Positions 23,480 to 35,212 of a stretch of DNA of 64,000 nt are shown here, one piece after another. The stretch covers positions 96,001 to 160,000 of the forward strand of contig CAWHXP010000007.1 of the NCBI GenBank assembly GCA_963833425.1, read 5' to 3'. Both the position numbers and the translations under genes were made by a program. Numbering within the stretch: position 1 is the stretch's first letter; each line of letters begins with the position of its first letter. Under the pieces are notes generated by a model that worked only from the letters and a program-made list of their open reading frames with translations, was not told the DNA's origin and did not search any database. Source of the stretch: an uncultured Methanosarcinaceae archaeon (GTDB taxonomy: Archaea > Halobacteriota > Methanosarcinia > Methanosarcinales > Methanosarcinaceae).

Positions 23480-24150
23480 GATCTTCCTCTTTATAAATTC
23501 CCCCTTGGATATACTATTTCGTTTTTTATATTTAGTCGTTTATATTTAGATGCAATATAATTGTGCACTCTCTCTTGCTAAAGCATTAATTCTTTTTTCA
23601 TACCCATTGATTTCTTCTTCCGGTTAAAAAAATGATACTTACTTGTTATTTTTCTTTCTTACTCCAGCCTGAGCAATATGCGTTTATACATTTTTGCTAA
23701 TCTTATTAACTCGTTATGCTTGTACAATTGTAGATTTTTTCAGCATCTTGGTATACATCGAGAACAATCTCAAACCATGACGCAAGCTTACATTCTGAAA
23801 AAAAGATGTGAGATTGGCAATTTCAGAAATCAAAGTTGACGCTTCAATTTCCCAAATACTCGGAAACAATATTTAAATTTCCAGTTCGACTTTATACGTT
23901 CCATAAGCATGCTTGAAAATTGATATCCCTAAGGCTTATTTCATAGTCAAGATTTATATAAATCTAGACACGTCGAAATTTTTACTGGTTCGCTCTTCGA
24001 TGCATATATCTCCAGGATCTATCTCATTTGGACACTTTATTACAAATATTTGTCGAGGAGTTTTTATAAACTAAGCAATAATTTCAACTAAAGAGATTTA
24101 TGATCTAATTTTTCTGTCATTCTTGCCAAAATATATGTCAGCCCTCATTT
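23480..24150 (-). mobile_element. Decayed IS110-family transposase remnant
   Basis: Minus-strand fragments PSIWEIEASTLISEIAN, KLASWFEIVLDVYQDAEK, IAQAGVRKKNNK, FFNRKKKSMG, ALAR resemble the IS110 C-terminal domain (PGIG..AA.LIAEIG, KLASW.G..P.V.QS). Boundaries approximate. Confidence 0.7.
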
Positions 24151-26375
24151 AGGTTAAGCATTTCAGGTATGAGAATAGAACAGCTTAATTTCATATATCT
24201 ATTCTTTATTGTATACTATTCAGCTCACCAAAAATAAGTTGATTGATTCCTATTTTGATGTAATCGAAGCTTTTGATTACTGAAGATAGAAATATAAAAA
24301 ATGAGCAATAGCCTACATTTAAAGTAAATAGGATAAGCTAAATTTGCTCAGTGAATAGTAGTAAAGGTGGTTATTGGTGCTATTTTAACCAGGTTAAATA
24401 GTTACTTTTTTGTGCACATTTACTGCGGAGCTTGACATGAGATCTAGATTCCTTATGATCTTTTTGGTGAAATTTATTTCTGGATAATGTTATGAGGAAC
24501 AAGTTGCGAATAAATTTTGAATTTGCTTTATCTGCATTTTCATGCGTAAAAAGCCTCAGAACTCGTATGTTTCAAACTAAAAAGTAGATGCTTGTTGGCC
24601 ATAAAAGGGATCCTTATACGGGGTCAGTAATTAAATTTTCTTGATACAAGTATGTTTTCTTTCAGAGGCATACCTTCGATTACATTATAAGACATTTATT
24701 ATTTCTTTTAAATGCCTTTCTAATGATATATTTGAGTTCTTTGCGCACAGGTCGTTCTTGAAGATATGAGTCATAAATATACTTCAGAGCAACTCCTGCA
24801 ATCAAACCTACACATATTCCAGCTACTATCCCCATTAATGTCCCCATTAACAGACTGCCTGATATATATTTCTCCGTCAGATCTATACCCCTAATAAATT
24901 TTGCTTATTTTTATTCATTCAACCTCAATCCTAAACACATAAAAGGAATTATTTGTTTGCTTTAAAGTAGTTTTTGGTAGGGTATTGAAATATAAATGCT
25001 GATACGATTTCAAAGGTTTCAAGGTGTCCTCATCGATCATCCGGTTAATGCAAAAAAATACTAAGAAAAAAATAGGCAAATTCTAGTAAATTTTATGATT
25101 TAGATTTTTAATTGAGAAAGAATCCGAACATTTTTATTCTGATGGAAGAAATTTGGATTTTTGTGAAATTTACCTTTCATGAAGCAAAACTCCAAAATTG
25201 ATACCCCTTTCACCTTGAAAAGCATGTTAGAAGGAGTTTGATAAGAGGAAAAATTCAATGTTAATTTTTGATTGTAACATACCACTCAAATTAATATTGA
25301 ATAACAAATAACTTGACTGCTTAATATCGATTCATTCAGCAGAAGAAGAAGTGAGGACAAAATTGAATATTTTTATTTATTTTTGTATGCATATTTGTTT
25401 ATAGTCAAAAAGTAACTGATACTATTTTAAAATGAAGTTAATGGAAGATATATTAAGTTTAAGAAATGGCTTTAGTGAAGTGTTTAAATGTTATAGAAGA
25501 ATCGAATTTCTGATTCCAAAATTAGTTGGTGAAGATCTATGCTCTTTTAATGCTCATATGATTAAATCTGAGATTAGTAAACTTAAAGAAAAAATTAAAC
25601 ATCTTGAAAAAAAAGGACTAAAAGATTTATTGGAACAATTAATGGAGGAAAAGTTCATTTTGAACTTGATTATTTGGACATAATTTCTTGTAAGATTATA
25701 ACGTTGAAATTGTCCCTCACTGCAATAATCTGACATTCCGCAGATGTTCTCTTAACTGATAAATTGTTATCTGGATAGTTAGCTGTAATCATTCAGGTAA
25801 ACCTCTATATTTGTCATATTTTTATAAAAGTATGTCTCCGAATCTTTAAAGTCAGAAGTTTTTCAACTCCCCCTAGTATTTTGAACGTGTATATATTTTT
25901 AAATGTAAATTTTAGATTTAATCATCTGATATTTTATAAAATTTCAGAAAAGAGGCGCAGCAGATTATTTCTTTTCATTTTTTTCTTTGATTCTTTTTTT
26001 CGACTTTAAATTCATAATTGTTGTATAGATGTGCGTGCTTTATGATAAATCTATATCTTCAAGTCTTTGACTGCTTATTTTCGCGGAGGTTAAATAAATA
26101 TTAATTTATTTTATATTTACAATAATATAGTTAAGTACATATATTTCTGTATATATTATATTCTTAAAATAATAATACTCCGACGATACAAATAAAATCA
26201 TCTTTCTGACGTCTAAGCCGATGATCGAATTTACCAATATCGTAGTCTATTAGGACCTAATAGCATGATTGATGAATATCGTTTAGGCGATGGATCTACC
26301 GACTGGAAGATGATTAAAAAAATCAAGTGTTTTAAGATTGTATCAAACTAAACAAAAATTAGGAGAGTGTAATAA

Positions 26376-27278
26376 ATGGGGAAACAATTTTTTGGAAGAA
26401 TAAAAACTACATTGACCATCTTGATGGCGATATCTTTCATAATGCCACTGACAGTTCTATCAGTAAGTGCCGATCCAAGTGATGCATTTGGAGATGGAAA
26501 TGGAAGCTGCTGCCCCGGAAACTGTGGCCCTGAAGATTTTGGCCCTGGAAACTGTGGCCTTGGAAACTGTGGCCTTGGAAACTGTGGTCCCGGAAACTGT
26601 GCCCCTGGGAACTTTGGACCTGGATACTTTGGCCCCGGAAACTGTGGACCTGGAAACTGTGGACCTGGGAACTTTGGACCTGGATACTTTGGCCCTGGAA
26701 ACTGTGGACCTGGGAACATTGGCCCTGGGAACATTGGAGCCGGAAATATAGGACCTGGGAACATTGGATATGAAAATATTGGAGCTGGGAACATTGGAGC
26801 TGGGAACATTGGAGCTGAAAATATTGGAGCTGAAAATTTAGGAGCTGGAAATTTAGGAGCTGGAAATTTAGGAGCTAGAAATGTCGGAGAAGGAAATGTT
26901 GGGAACGGAAATACTGGAGATGGAAATGTTGGAACTGGAAATGTAGGAGCTGGGAATATTGGAGTTGGAAACGTTGGATATGGAAATGTTGGAGCTGGAA
27001 ACATCGGAGCTTGGAACATTGGAGCTCGAAATATGGGAGATGGAATAGTGGGAGATGGAATAGTTGGAGCCGGAAACATCGGAGCTCGAAATATAGGAGC
27101 TGGAAGATTTGGAGATGGAAACTTCGAACAAGGAAGTTATGGGCCCGATGAACATTTTATACCTAGGAGCCACAAGCACGTTATATCCAGGGGTCACAAA
27201 CATAAGTCAAAAGTTCATGGCCATAAATCAAAAGGTCATGGGCATAAAACAAAGGACCACGGTCATTACAGATATTAA
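26376..27278 (+). CDS. Secreted G-x-G-N-x pentapeptide-repeat protein with His/Lys-rich tail
   Basis: AGGAGA RBS; Sec-type signal peptide (K/R, hydrophobic core, VSA); about 41 pentapeptides; basic His-rich C-terminus; open frame across the whole repeat tract. Confidence 0.85.
   Translation: MGKQFFGRIKTTLTILMAISFIMPLTVLSVSADPSDAFGDGNGSCCPGNCGPEDFGPGNCGLGNCGLGNCGPGNCAPGNFGPGYFGPGNCGPGNCGPGNFGPGYFGPGNCGPGNIGPGNIGAGNIGPGNIGYENIGAGNIGAGNIGAENIGAENLGAGNLGAGNLGARNVGEGNVGNGNTGDGNVGTGNVGAGNIGVGNVGYGNVGAGNIGAWNIGARNMGDGIVGDGIVGAGNIGARNIGAGRFGDGNFEQGSYGPDEHFIPRSHKHVISRGHKHKSKVHGHKSKGHGHKTKDHGHYRY
26511..27125 (+). repeat. 15-bp-period coding tandem repeat, about 41 units
   Basis: Units such as GGCCCTGGAAACTGT, GGAGCTGGGAACATT and GGAGCTGGAAATTTA, with variation concentrated at third codon positions. 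Confidence 0.95.
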
Positions 27279-27386
27279 GGAGATTGTGATGTAAGGGAGA
27301 TTGATTTGCAAAGTTGCATTTTTAAGAATCCTTTTAAACATCGAGATTATCAAGATAGTTATTTTGCTCTAGCCTCGTTAATCAAG

Positions 27387-27526
27387 CCCACTTCCCGCAG
27401 ATCTGCACACGAATGCAAGTCATTTTCTTAATATGCTAGTTGATTGAAATTAACCCAATTTTCAATAAATAAAGTGGGCAAATGGGTAAACAAATTCTAC
27501 ATTTGTGTGCATCTGCATAATGCCGG
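27387..27526. mobile_element. MITE-like element; related arms at about 15345-15452 and 28867-28914
   Basis: Imperfect inverted repeat GCAGATCTGCACACGAATGCA / TACATTTGTGTGCATCTGC. The right arm GCAAATGGGYAAACAAATTCTAC..TGTGTRCA recurs at 28867. Confidence 0.55.
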
Positions 27527-29140
27527 AATAAGATTTTTTGGTATTCTTTTCGTGACAAAAAAGTTTTAAAAAGTAGATTGGTTATTCAAAATATTACAAT
27601 CAAAGAATCATATCTCAATTTTTGGTACAGGTTCTTTATGAAACAATTTATTGAATTTTTCCCAAATTATAGATTCCTTAGGGAAATTAATACTTCAAAA
27701 CTTAGAAAAATCGATTATTTCTAGAGGATTTCATAATCCTAAATTTCTTCAGATACTCAAAAATGGTAGATGAATATTCGAAAATCATGCGTTTCTCTAG
27801 ATTTCCAAGTTTGAGAGGACAAATTTCATCGAAAATAAAATCTCATCTTTTCATAAAAAGCTTTGAGAACATTCATATAGGTTCAAATACAGTAAATTAA
27901 CAAGAAGGATTTGGACAAAATTTACGCGAGGAAAAAAATAGAGAAAATAGGAATCCTCTAAAATATATAGACTCAAAAAAATGCAAAAAGATTTCCACTC
28001 AACTAAGGACTCAATTTCAGCAAGTTTAGCTCTATTTGACTGAAAATGTTAGTATTCTTACTCGGAGCAAAAACAACAAAAGTTGTTGTTAGTAAAATTA
28101 TTGTTAAAAGACTAAAGTTCTCCAGTACTAATGCCGAGAGTTTAGCACAATTCCTTTTTAATCAAGATAACTGGCTGAGAATGATGGTAAGAGTGAATAG
28201 ATCTTGATAGTCATAATAACTTTCTGATTGGGAAAATAGGTGATGGGTCTCTTTTAAGTATTCAATTTTATTATGAGTATATATGGCAATAAAACAAGGA
28301 ATTGTTATTTAAGACAAAAAGAAAAGTTTCGATGAGTATCCAGATGCAAAAAATGAGATATGTAGTGCCACCTTTTTGTATACAAAGCAATTATTTAAAC
28401 TCAAAGATTTTCATTTGATCATATGATTCTTTTTCTTCCTTGTTTCTTTAATTTTCAACATTTTTTAATTACAGAAGAAGTTGTGCCATCACCAACATAA
28501 TTTTGGGTTCATTGTTATAAATGCTATATAAGTAATTTGTTAAATTGGAGATCTATTGAAAAGTCTCTTTATAAAATATCTAGCAGGATAATAAAACCGG
28601 AATTCTCATTTACGTGAGATTCTTGATATACCAAAGATCGTATAGTTAAACCTAAATTCATCATGTTTGATAGTGGTGTGGAAGGGGAAAAAAAATCAAA
28701 GTTATCGGAAAAGACGAGACATTTTTTGGTACTACACTCCTCGAAAAAAGCGATTTCAATAACTATCTCTGTTAAGATTTAATGACCAAATTTCCATGGG
28801 CTTATATTATTTAAATGTAGATGTTAATCCTGTTTTTTATCTCCCACAAGTTAGTGACCAGAAGCAGCAAATGGGCAAACAAATTCTACGCCTGTGTACA
28901 CTGTGAAATGTCGGTTTAAAACCAATTAAAGCATTATTTGGGATTATAGAATACGAAAATAATTTTTTTCAATTTAAACAGTGCAATTTATTGTTTACCA
29001 AAAGTATCAGATTTAAACTTTTTAGATTTATGGCTGCCACATAATCTAATGATAGAAGTGGAATATAACAAAAAACACATAAATAACACTATTTTACTTA
29101 TAGTGTATAGGTTTTTTCACTAAAACGGATAAGGATTCTT

Positions 29141-30133
29141 ATGTCTCTATTTGACCCATTCCTCATATCAAAGGCACTCTGGCAGATTGGAGTCCGAAAA
29201 CGTCCTTTTGTTCTTTCGCACGCTGTAAATGCCCACTGCAATATGAGCTGCAGTTTTTGCGAGCACTGGAAAAAAGGAGGGTATGAACCTACAAAGGAAG
29301 AGGTTTTTAGGCTATTAGATGATGCAAAAAAATTTGGGATAGGGGTTTACAATGCCTGGACCGTGGAACCTCTTCTCCGAAAAGACCTCCCCAAGATTAT
29401 GGCTCACGTCAAAGAGCTTGGGATGATAACTTCAATGGTAACAAACGGAAAGCTGCTCTGCGAAAGAGCTGAAGAGCTTGGAGATGTGGATTATCTTTCT
29501 GTTTCCGTGGATGGAATAAAGAGCTATAAAGAAATCCGGCAGACGGATTTCGGAACATTGCTAAAAGGAATAAAAAAAGCCATTAAATTTAGAAAACTTC
29601 AGAACCAGAAAAATCCTATCCTAATGAATTGTGTACTTATGGGGAAAAATCTTGAAGACATTGAGGCTCTTATTTTTCTTGCAAAGGAGCTGGGACTAAA
29701 AATTTCTTTTGAGCCTATCCACAAGTTCCCAGGCATCAGTGAAGTCGTTTGGAAAAATATCGGAATTAGTGATATCAAAAAGTTCCGCAGCACCGTTGAC
29801 CGCATAATAGAACTTAAAGAACAAGATTATCCTATCATTAATTCCAAAACCTACCTTCGAATGGTTAGAGAAGGAAAAATGGACTGTAAATGCAGAGCCA
29901 GCGGTTTTATTATGGATGTGACTCATGACTGTACTGTTGAAACATGTCGCGTGCAAAACGAGCCTCTTGGAAATGTGATGTTGGATGGCTTTGAGAGTGT
30001 ATGGAAAAACTCGGAAGAGCGTAAAAGCAAAATTGTACAAAATTGTAAAGGTTGTCTTTTTTTTGGATATGTGGAAAATAGCTTGATGCAGAGCCTCAAT
30101 CCCGAAGTTTTGATGAATTACGAGTGGATTTGA
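29141..30133 (+). CDS. Radical SAM protein with C-terminal SPASM/twitch-like cysteines
   Basis: CNMSCSFC (CxxxCxxC), EPLLRKDL, MVTNG, VSVDG; C-terminal CRASG...TCR...CKGC. Confidence 0.9.
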   Translation: MSLFDPFLISKALWQIGVRKRPFVLSHAVNAHCNMSCSFCEHWKKGGYEPTKEEVFRLLDDAKKFGIGVYNAWTVEPLLRKDLPKIMAHVKELGMITSMVTNGKLLCERAEELGDVDYLSVSVDGIKSYKEIRQTDFGTLLKGIKKAIKFRKLQNQKNPILMNCVLMGKNLEDIEALIFLAKELGLKISFEPIHKFPGISEVVWKNIGISDIKKFRSTVDRIIELKEQDYPIINSKTYLRMVREGKMDCKCRASGFIMDVTHDCTVETCRVQNEPLGNVMLDGFESVWKNSEERKSKIVQNCKGCLFFGYVENSLMQSLNPEVLMNYEWI

Positions 30134-30649
30134 GGAATGGATCTGGGTGTACACAGTTTCGTCAGCAGATTTGCGGCTAAGAAGCCATAAATGTGCTATG
30201 TGAGCATACAGTCAATTCCGCTCACTTTGCTCGTTCATGTGAGCTTAAAACAGACTTGAGTTCGAGTTGCGAACAAAAAAAAACAAAAACTTAAATTTTT
30301 TAGGAAATGTATCTTGATAGTAATTTTTGTGATTTAATTTAAGTAACTGACCAAAATAGCTCACCCATTTTCGGAAGATTTTAAAAGTTATGTTTCTGAT
30401 AAATTTAAAAATAAAAGTTCATGACTAAATTGATTCCTCATATATTATCTCAGTCTTCGATGTTCATAATTTCTATCATTTCACTAAATATCTTTATACA
30501 TTTATCAACCGAAAATGCCTCAGTGTCACTAATTTCCTATTTTGAATTTCTCCAATTTTATACCGATTCCATTTTCATACATCTAACCAATTGTGATCAT
30601 ATGCCATATGATTGTGGCGATTTTCCCTGTTAGACTCATAAATTACCTT

Positions 30650-33600
30650 TAAATGTTTAATTGGTTTTTTCTTCCAGTTAAAAAGCAATTTTAATCTGCT
30701 ATTTTCTTTCTTCAATGCTGCCTGAATAATCTACAGTAGAACAGTGTTTTAATAGTACAAATCATATTTGAATTGGACTTCATCATTTCGTCAAAAATCG
30801 CTTTCTTGCTTTCAAAAATTTTATCTAATTTATCTCTGATTATTCAATTTTTAACCGAAAAGCATAAAAATGAAATTGAATATGAAGTTTCAGTCCCAAT
30901 GGGACTATATACATATTTTCAATAGTTCCAAGTAACGACTGTTTTTCAAGATGTTATTTATGCTCATGTTACTTTCTATACAGAAGAGTAGTAGCTAAGA
31001 GCTTCAGTGCAGCTAAAATGGTAGATTCAGTAATAATAATATTAAAGCAATCAAGATCAGTACATTTGGGTAAGTTTATAGACGTAACTTTATCAATTTC
31101 CATGAATTTATTATATTTAGTGTTTCAGGGTCGTCATGCCAACAGCGTGCAACTTCTACAACAGCAACTTTTCTTACTAAAAATATCTACTTTTAGCTAA
31201 AAGCTCTATAAAGACCGAAAATAAGTATGTGTCCTTTGGCTGATGTTTTCTTAAGATTAAAATGCCCAAAAAACTGGAGTATCCGTTATCATTTATTTTA
31301 ATATGCACTTCTTTATATAATTCTTCTGATTTTGAATTTACTCCGGATACAAATTCTGCCCACGCAATGTTAAGTTCTAGATCCGAATAGCGAGAGCTAA
31401 AAAAATGATGTCGCTTATAAATCTGACTTCGAGAAAACTTGTTAATAACAATATCATGATGAGGCCATTTTTCACCTACCAGCTTCGAGGATGGAACAAC
31501 TTCTTCAGCAAGAAATTGATAAATATTTTCTGTCCAGCGGACCATTTCAAACAGTTTGAGTACTCTTTTAAGTAGTTTCTTTGCTGTTTCTTAAATGAAT
31601 TTGGATTTCGAAGTTCACTAAGACATTTGATTGCTAAAGAAATTTCAAAGTATGTCTATTACCAAAATACTGAGGGCCATAAACTTGTATCAAGCATTTG
31701 ATAATATCGCAACAAGTTTTTCTTTCATGCACATATAAGTCTTAGAACCTTATGCCAGGTGAGATTTTCCCAGTATTTTGTATAGTAACCTTTTTTGAGA
31801 TCTTCAATGTTAAGTTTTTGATAATTGAATTTTTCAACAACAATTTTTGCACAGAAATATTCAAGAAATGTACGGTGGAAAAAACCGAAATAATTTGCCC
31901 CATAAAGACAAATAACAAAATTCCGATTTCTTAAATGTTAATAAGAGATCGGGCTATATATTTGCTTTATCAGGTTCTTTCTGAAAACAATCACGTAAAT
32001 ATTCAACTATTTCATTTTGAAGATCTTTTTTATGAATAAAATTGCCTGCTAAGCCATACGGGCCTGTCTGCATTTTGAAAGCAATTTGCATAAGTAATTC
32101 TTTTTTATCATCTTCATTAATGGAATCCATTTCTATACCTTTATACTTTAAGTGTTTGTTAACTCTAATCTTTAACAAGCACGTCAGTTACATGTTCAAA
32201 ATGGTTCCAATGCTCTTTTGGAAGTTCTTGATTTCTGCCTATAATAGCAAGAATGGTAAGAGAAGGAGATTTCCTGAAAGTTGTTTGATGGAAAAAGAGT
32301 CTTCAAGCGCCTTTATTATGCGGTTTTTCTCAATTCTCATCTTTTTCATCAACTACAAGACGGTACCATTTGTCAAAAAAATTAGTAATTTGCTCTTTTT
32401 CAAAATCTTGAAGTGTAAAATGAATGAAACAGGCATATTCAAGGATCTTACGCTTATATCTCACTATTCTAGAAGTAACAATTATACTAACTTCTGGAAA
32501 ATCAATAGCAAATCCTACAATCATACGCTTAATTTTTGTCCACTTCTCCTGATCAAAAATCTAGTTAAGCCATAAAAAATTCGAAGGGCTTTCCCATTAT
32601 TTCTTAGATAATTTACGATGTCTCTCTTTTTTAGTCGATAACCTTGTATTTCTGCTAGCTATTGGAAATAATCAAGAAAAGTTTTACACTTATTCTCAGA
32701 ACATAATCCAGCGAACTCACTCAATTCGATTAAAAAAGTTAGATATGCATTAAACCACTTGTTGAGTTTTTCATCCTCATGCTCATTAGCATGTAGTAAA
32801 AAAAGCAATTATCTTGTAAGTGTGATTTTTCCTGATCCTGGATCGCAAGAATGACTACGTATTTATTTTTCCAATCGCAAATAGCATCTATAACAGCTTT
32901 TGGTTCTTTTGAATAATAGGTTTCTTTTGCAATCTTAAGTTCTTCTAGTGTAATTCCTTCGGGCAGTCATTCTTTTTCAGAGTCCCATTCTTCATGAATT
33001 TTTCTCCATACGTCCTTAGGAAGTTCAAGAAGAGGGAGATTTTCCCTTAAATTTTGTTCGACAAATACATCGCCAAGTTGGATCTTCAGATAAATTTCTT
33101 CAACATGTGGCGTCAGACAGCCAAAATCAAGATTGCAGTATTTTTTAATGATGCTTCAGCGTACTGCATGATATCAACTCCGGTTATTTTTCCATCTCCT
33201 AGAATTGACTTTCCACTCCTTTTCCCCCAATTATAAACAGGACTGTTTACTTCCTTGGAGAGCTCGTCGGATGATTAAAAAATTTAACAATATGCTTTTT
33301 TGATAACTCTTTTCTTAGCTATTCAAGTTTAAAGGAGTCTTCTCCTTTATAGACAAATTTCACCTGCCACAAGGCGTCATCATGAAGCAAGAATATCAAA
33401 CAATCAATTCTACATTCAATAGCTTTTCTGCATTCGAGTTCTGTGATTGATTTCTTGTATCTAGAAGGTTTATAACCATATTTCAAAGCAAAAATACCTA
33501 TATAAAGATCTGAAGAAGCAACTGCTTCTGGGCACTTATTAAGTGATCTTTTATCTCCGCAACAAAATATTCATAGCTACATCTTCATGACCTATCTACT

Positions 33601-33676
33601 TTAGTGCAAGACTGACGTTCTTGCGGTGTTCTTCAAGATCCTTAATTGTAGAAGATACAAATATACGAGCCATCAT
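30650..33676 (-). pseudogene. Decayed DUF4062-NACHT (STAND NTPase) gene
   Basis: N-terminus MMARIFVSSTIKDLEEHR...SDLYIGIFALKYGY...SITELECRKA (DUF4062 pattern). Frameshifted Walker A VVIL.DPGSGK.T near 32821-32860; SIIVTSRIVRY; GNLLLLP. Many stops. 3' boundary approximate. Confidence 0.75.
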
Positions 33677-35212
33677 ATTCACCAAAAATCTGCTGATCAT
33701 CCAAAAATCATGACAATAAGAGTAATTAAATCTTTTTGATTGATTTGATCATTTTAGGACTTATAGAGTTGAACTGAGAATCATTAGCATTTGGTCTTTA
33801 ACTGCCTAAAATACAAATTTAAACAATAATTTTTATTGTAGTTGATTTCTTACTGTAAATGCGTAAATCCGAATTATAATAATATCGCTATACCATTTAG
33901 AATTAATAATCAGAGTCTTTGAGTGTATGATACTGTTTGCGGCGAAAATTCACCAAGGAGACTTATAACTTAAATTTTATCCGTTAACGTGTTGATAGTG
34001 AAAATGAAACATAGTTAACTGCATAAAAGGATGTTGATAGTTAATTATTCTGATAAAATTTCTTTTGTTATTGTTTTCACAGGTGCATAGATTGAAGAGA
34101 ACTATGAAAATATTTTCAATAATTCAGCTGAAATTAGTGCTTTCGATGAAAACTAGAACGAACATAAGGTTTGCCTGAACAAAATTTTCCACAACCAAAT
34201 GAAAAGTATCACAAATAGTAATAAATCCGAGAGAGTCGTCTGTTAATGAGGTTCTCTGAGGAAAGGTAGAGTCCTCATTATCGGGTTCAGAAAAGCAAAA
34301 TTCCTACATTTTTCATGCATGCAGATTAAAGGCGACCTAAATTTGTAGAATCCGAAAAAAAGAATATACAGAAAACCTTGACTTATTTTAAAGAAGAGCT
34401 TTTATGGAGTATCTTTATTTTCTACGGATGTTAATCGATGTAATGCAAAGTACAAATGCTGAAAATACGATGTTTGTTTTATTAAGATTTCATAGTACGA
34501 TAAAACCATGATATGTATAAGTATAATTCCAAGGTCTTGGCTAGGATTTTCACTACAGAAAGCTTGTTTCCAACAGCTTCCGCTATAAGTGGAAACAAAC
34601 CTAGCGTTTAAATATAAATAAAATATAGAAGTATGCGGAGCTGATATTTACATCTCTTTTCACTGAAAATGGATTTTCCAAAGTTCGCTTTATTAAATCT
34701 ATTCTTCGAAGTGCACCTTTTGTAACTATTTGCACGGAAATCATAAATGTTTAATTCACGTCGAAAAAAATTAACACGTTATAATGCTATTATGGTTTAA
34801 GATTCTGAACCAATTTAATTTATTTCTTAAGTTTTTATTTTTTTGACAGAAGGGCGGTTAAAAATGTATATTGTGCATGGATTTGAATTTAATTCGCATG
34901 AAAAAACTGCTTTCTTTCCATATTTTTTGTATTTTTAATTATTCAGCCTGCAAAAATCAGTTGGTTTATATCGATTTTGACGTAATAGGCATTTCGGATT
35001 GAAAACTGGTGGGGAAATGAAAAATATGCTCAATAGTCAACAGGCAGAGAAAATGGGCTTACTGGAATTTGCTATGTGAATTTTAATAAAGATCACTGAC
35101 AAAGTTTTTTTCCATGTTTTAATAGTTACCTTTATTTTTTGATTTACTTTTAGGTTGTTCTTTCTAGGATCTTATTGTAGCTTAAAATAGGTCCTCGAGA
35201 ATACTAACATAT

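Noticed and set aside
26348..27079. 243-aa minus-strand ORF of FPAP/FPGP repeats
   Set aside because: Antisense shadow of the 15-bp repeat; the plus-strand frame has the RBS, signal peptide and tail.
26511..27125. Possible CRISPR array
   Set aside because: 15-bp period, no unique spacers, codon-position variation and no cas genes.
27540..28850. Possible hidden gene or IS body between the MITE-like arms
   Set aside because: I could not recover any recognisable protein motif; left unannotated, as were 33700-35200, 37200-38800 and 54820-55900.
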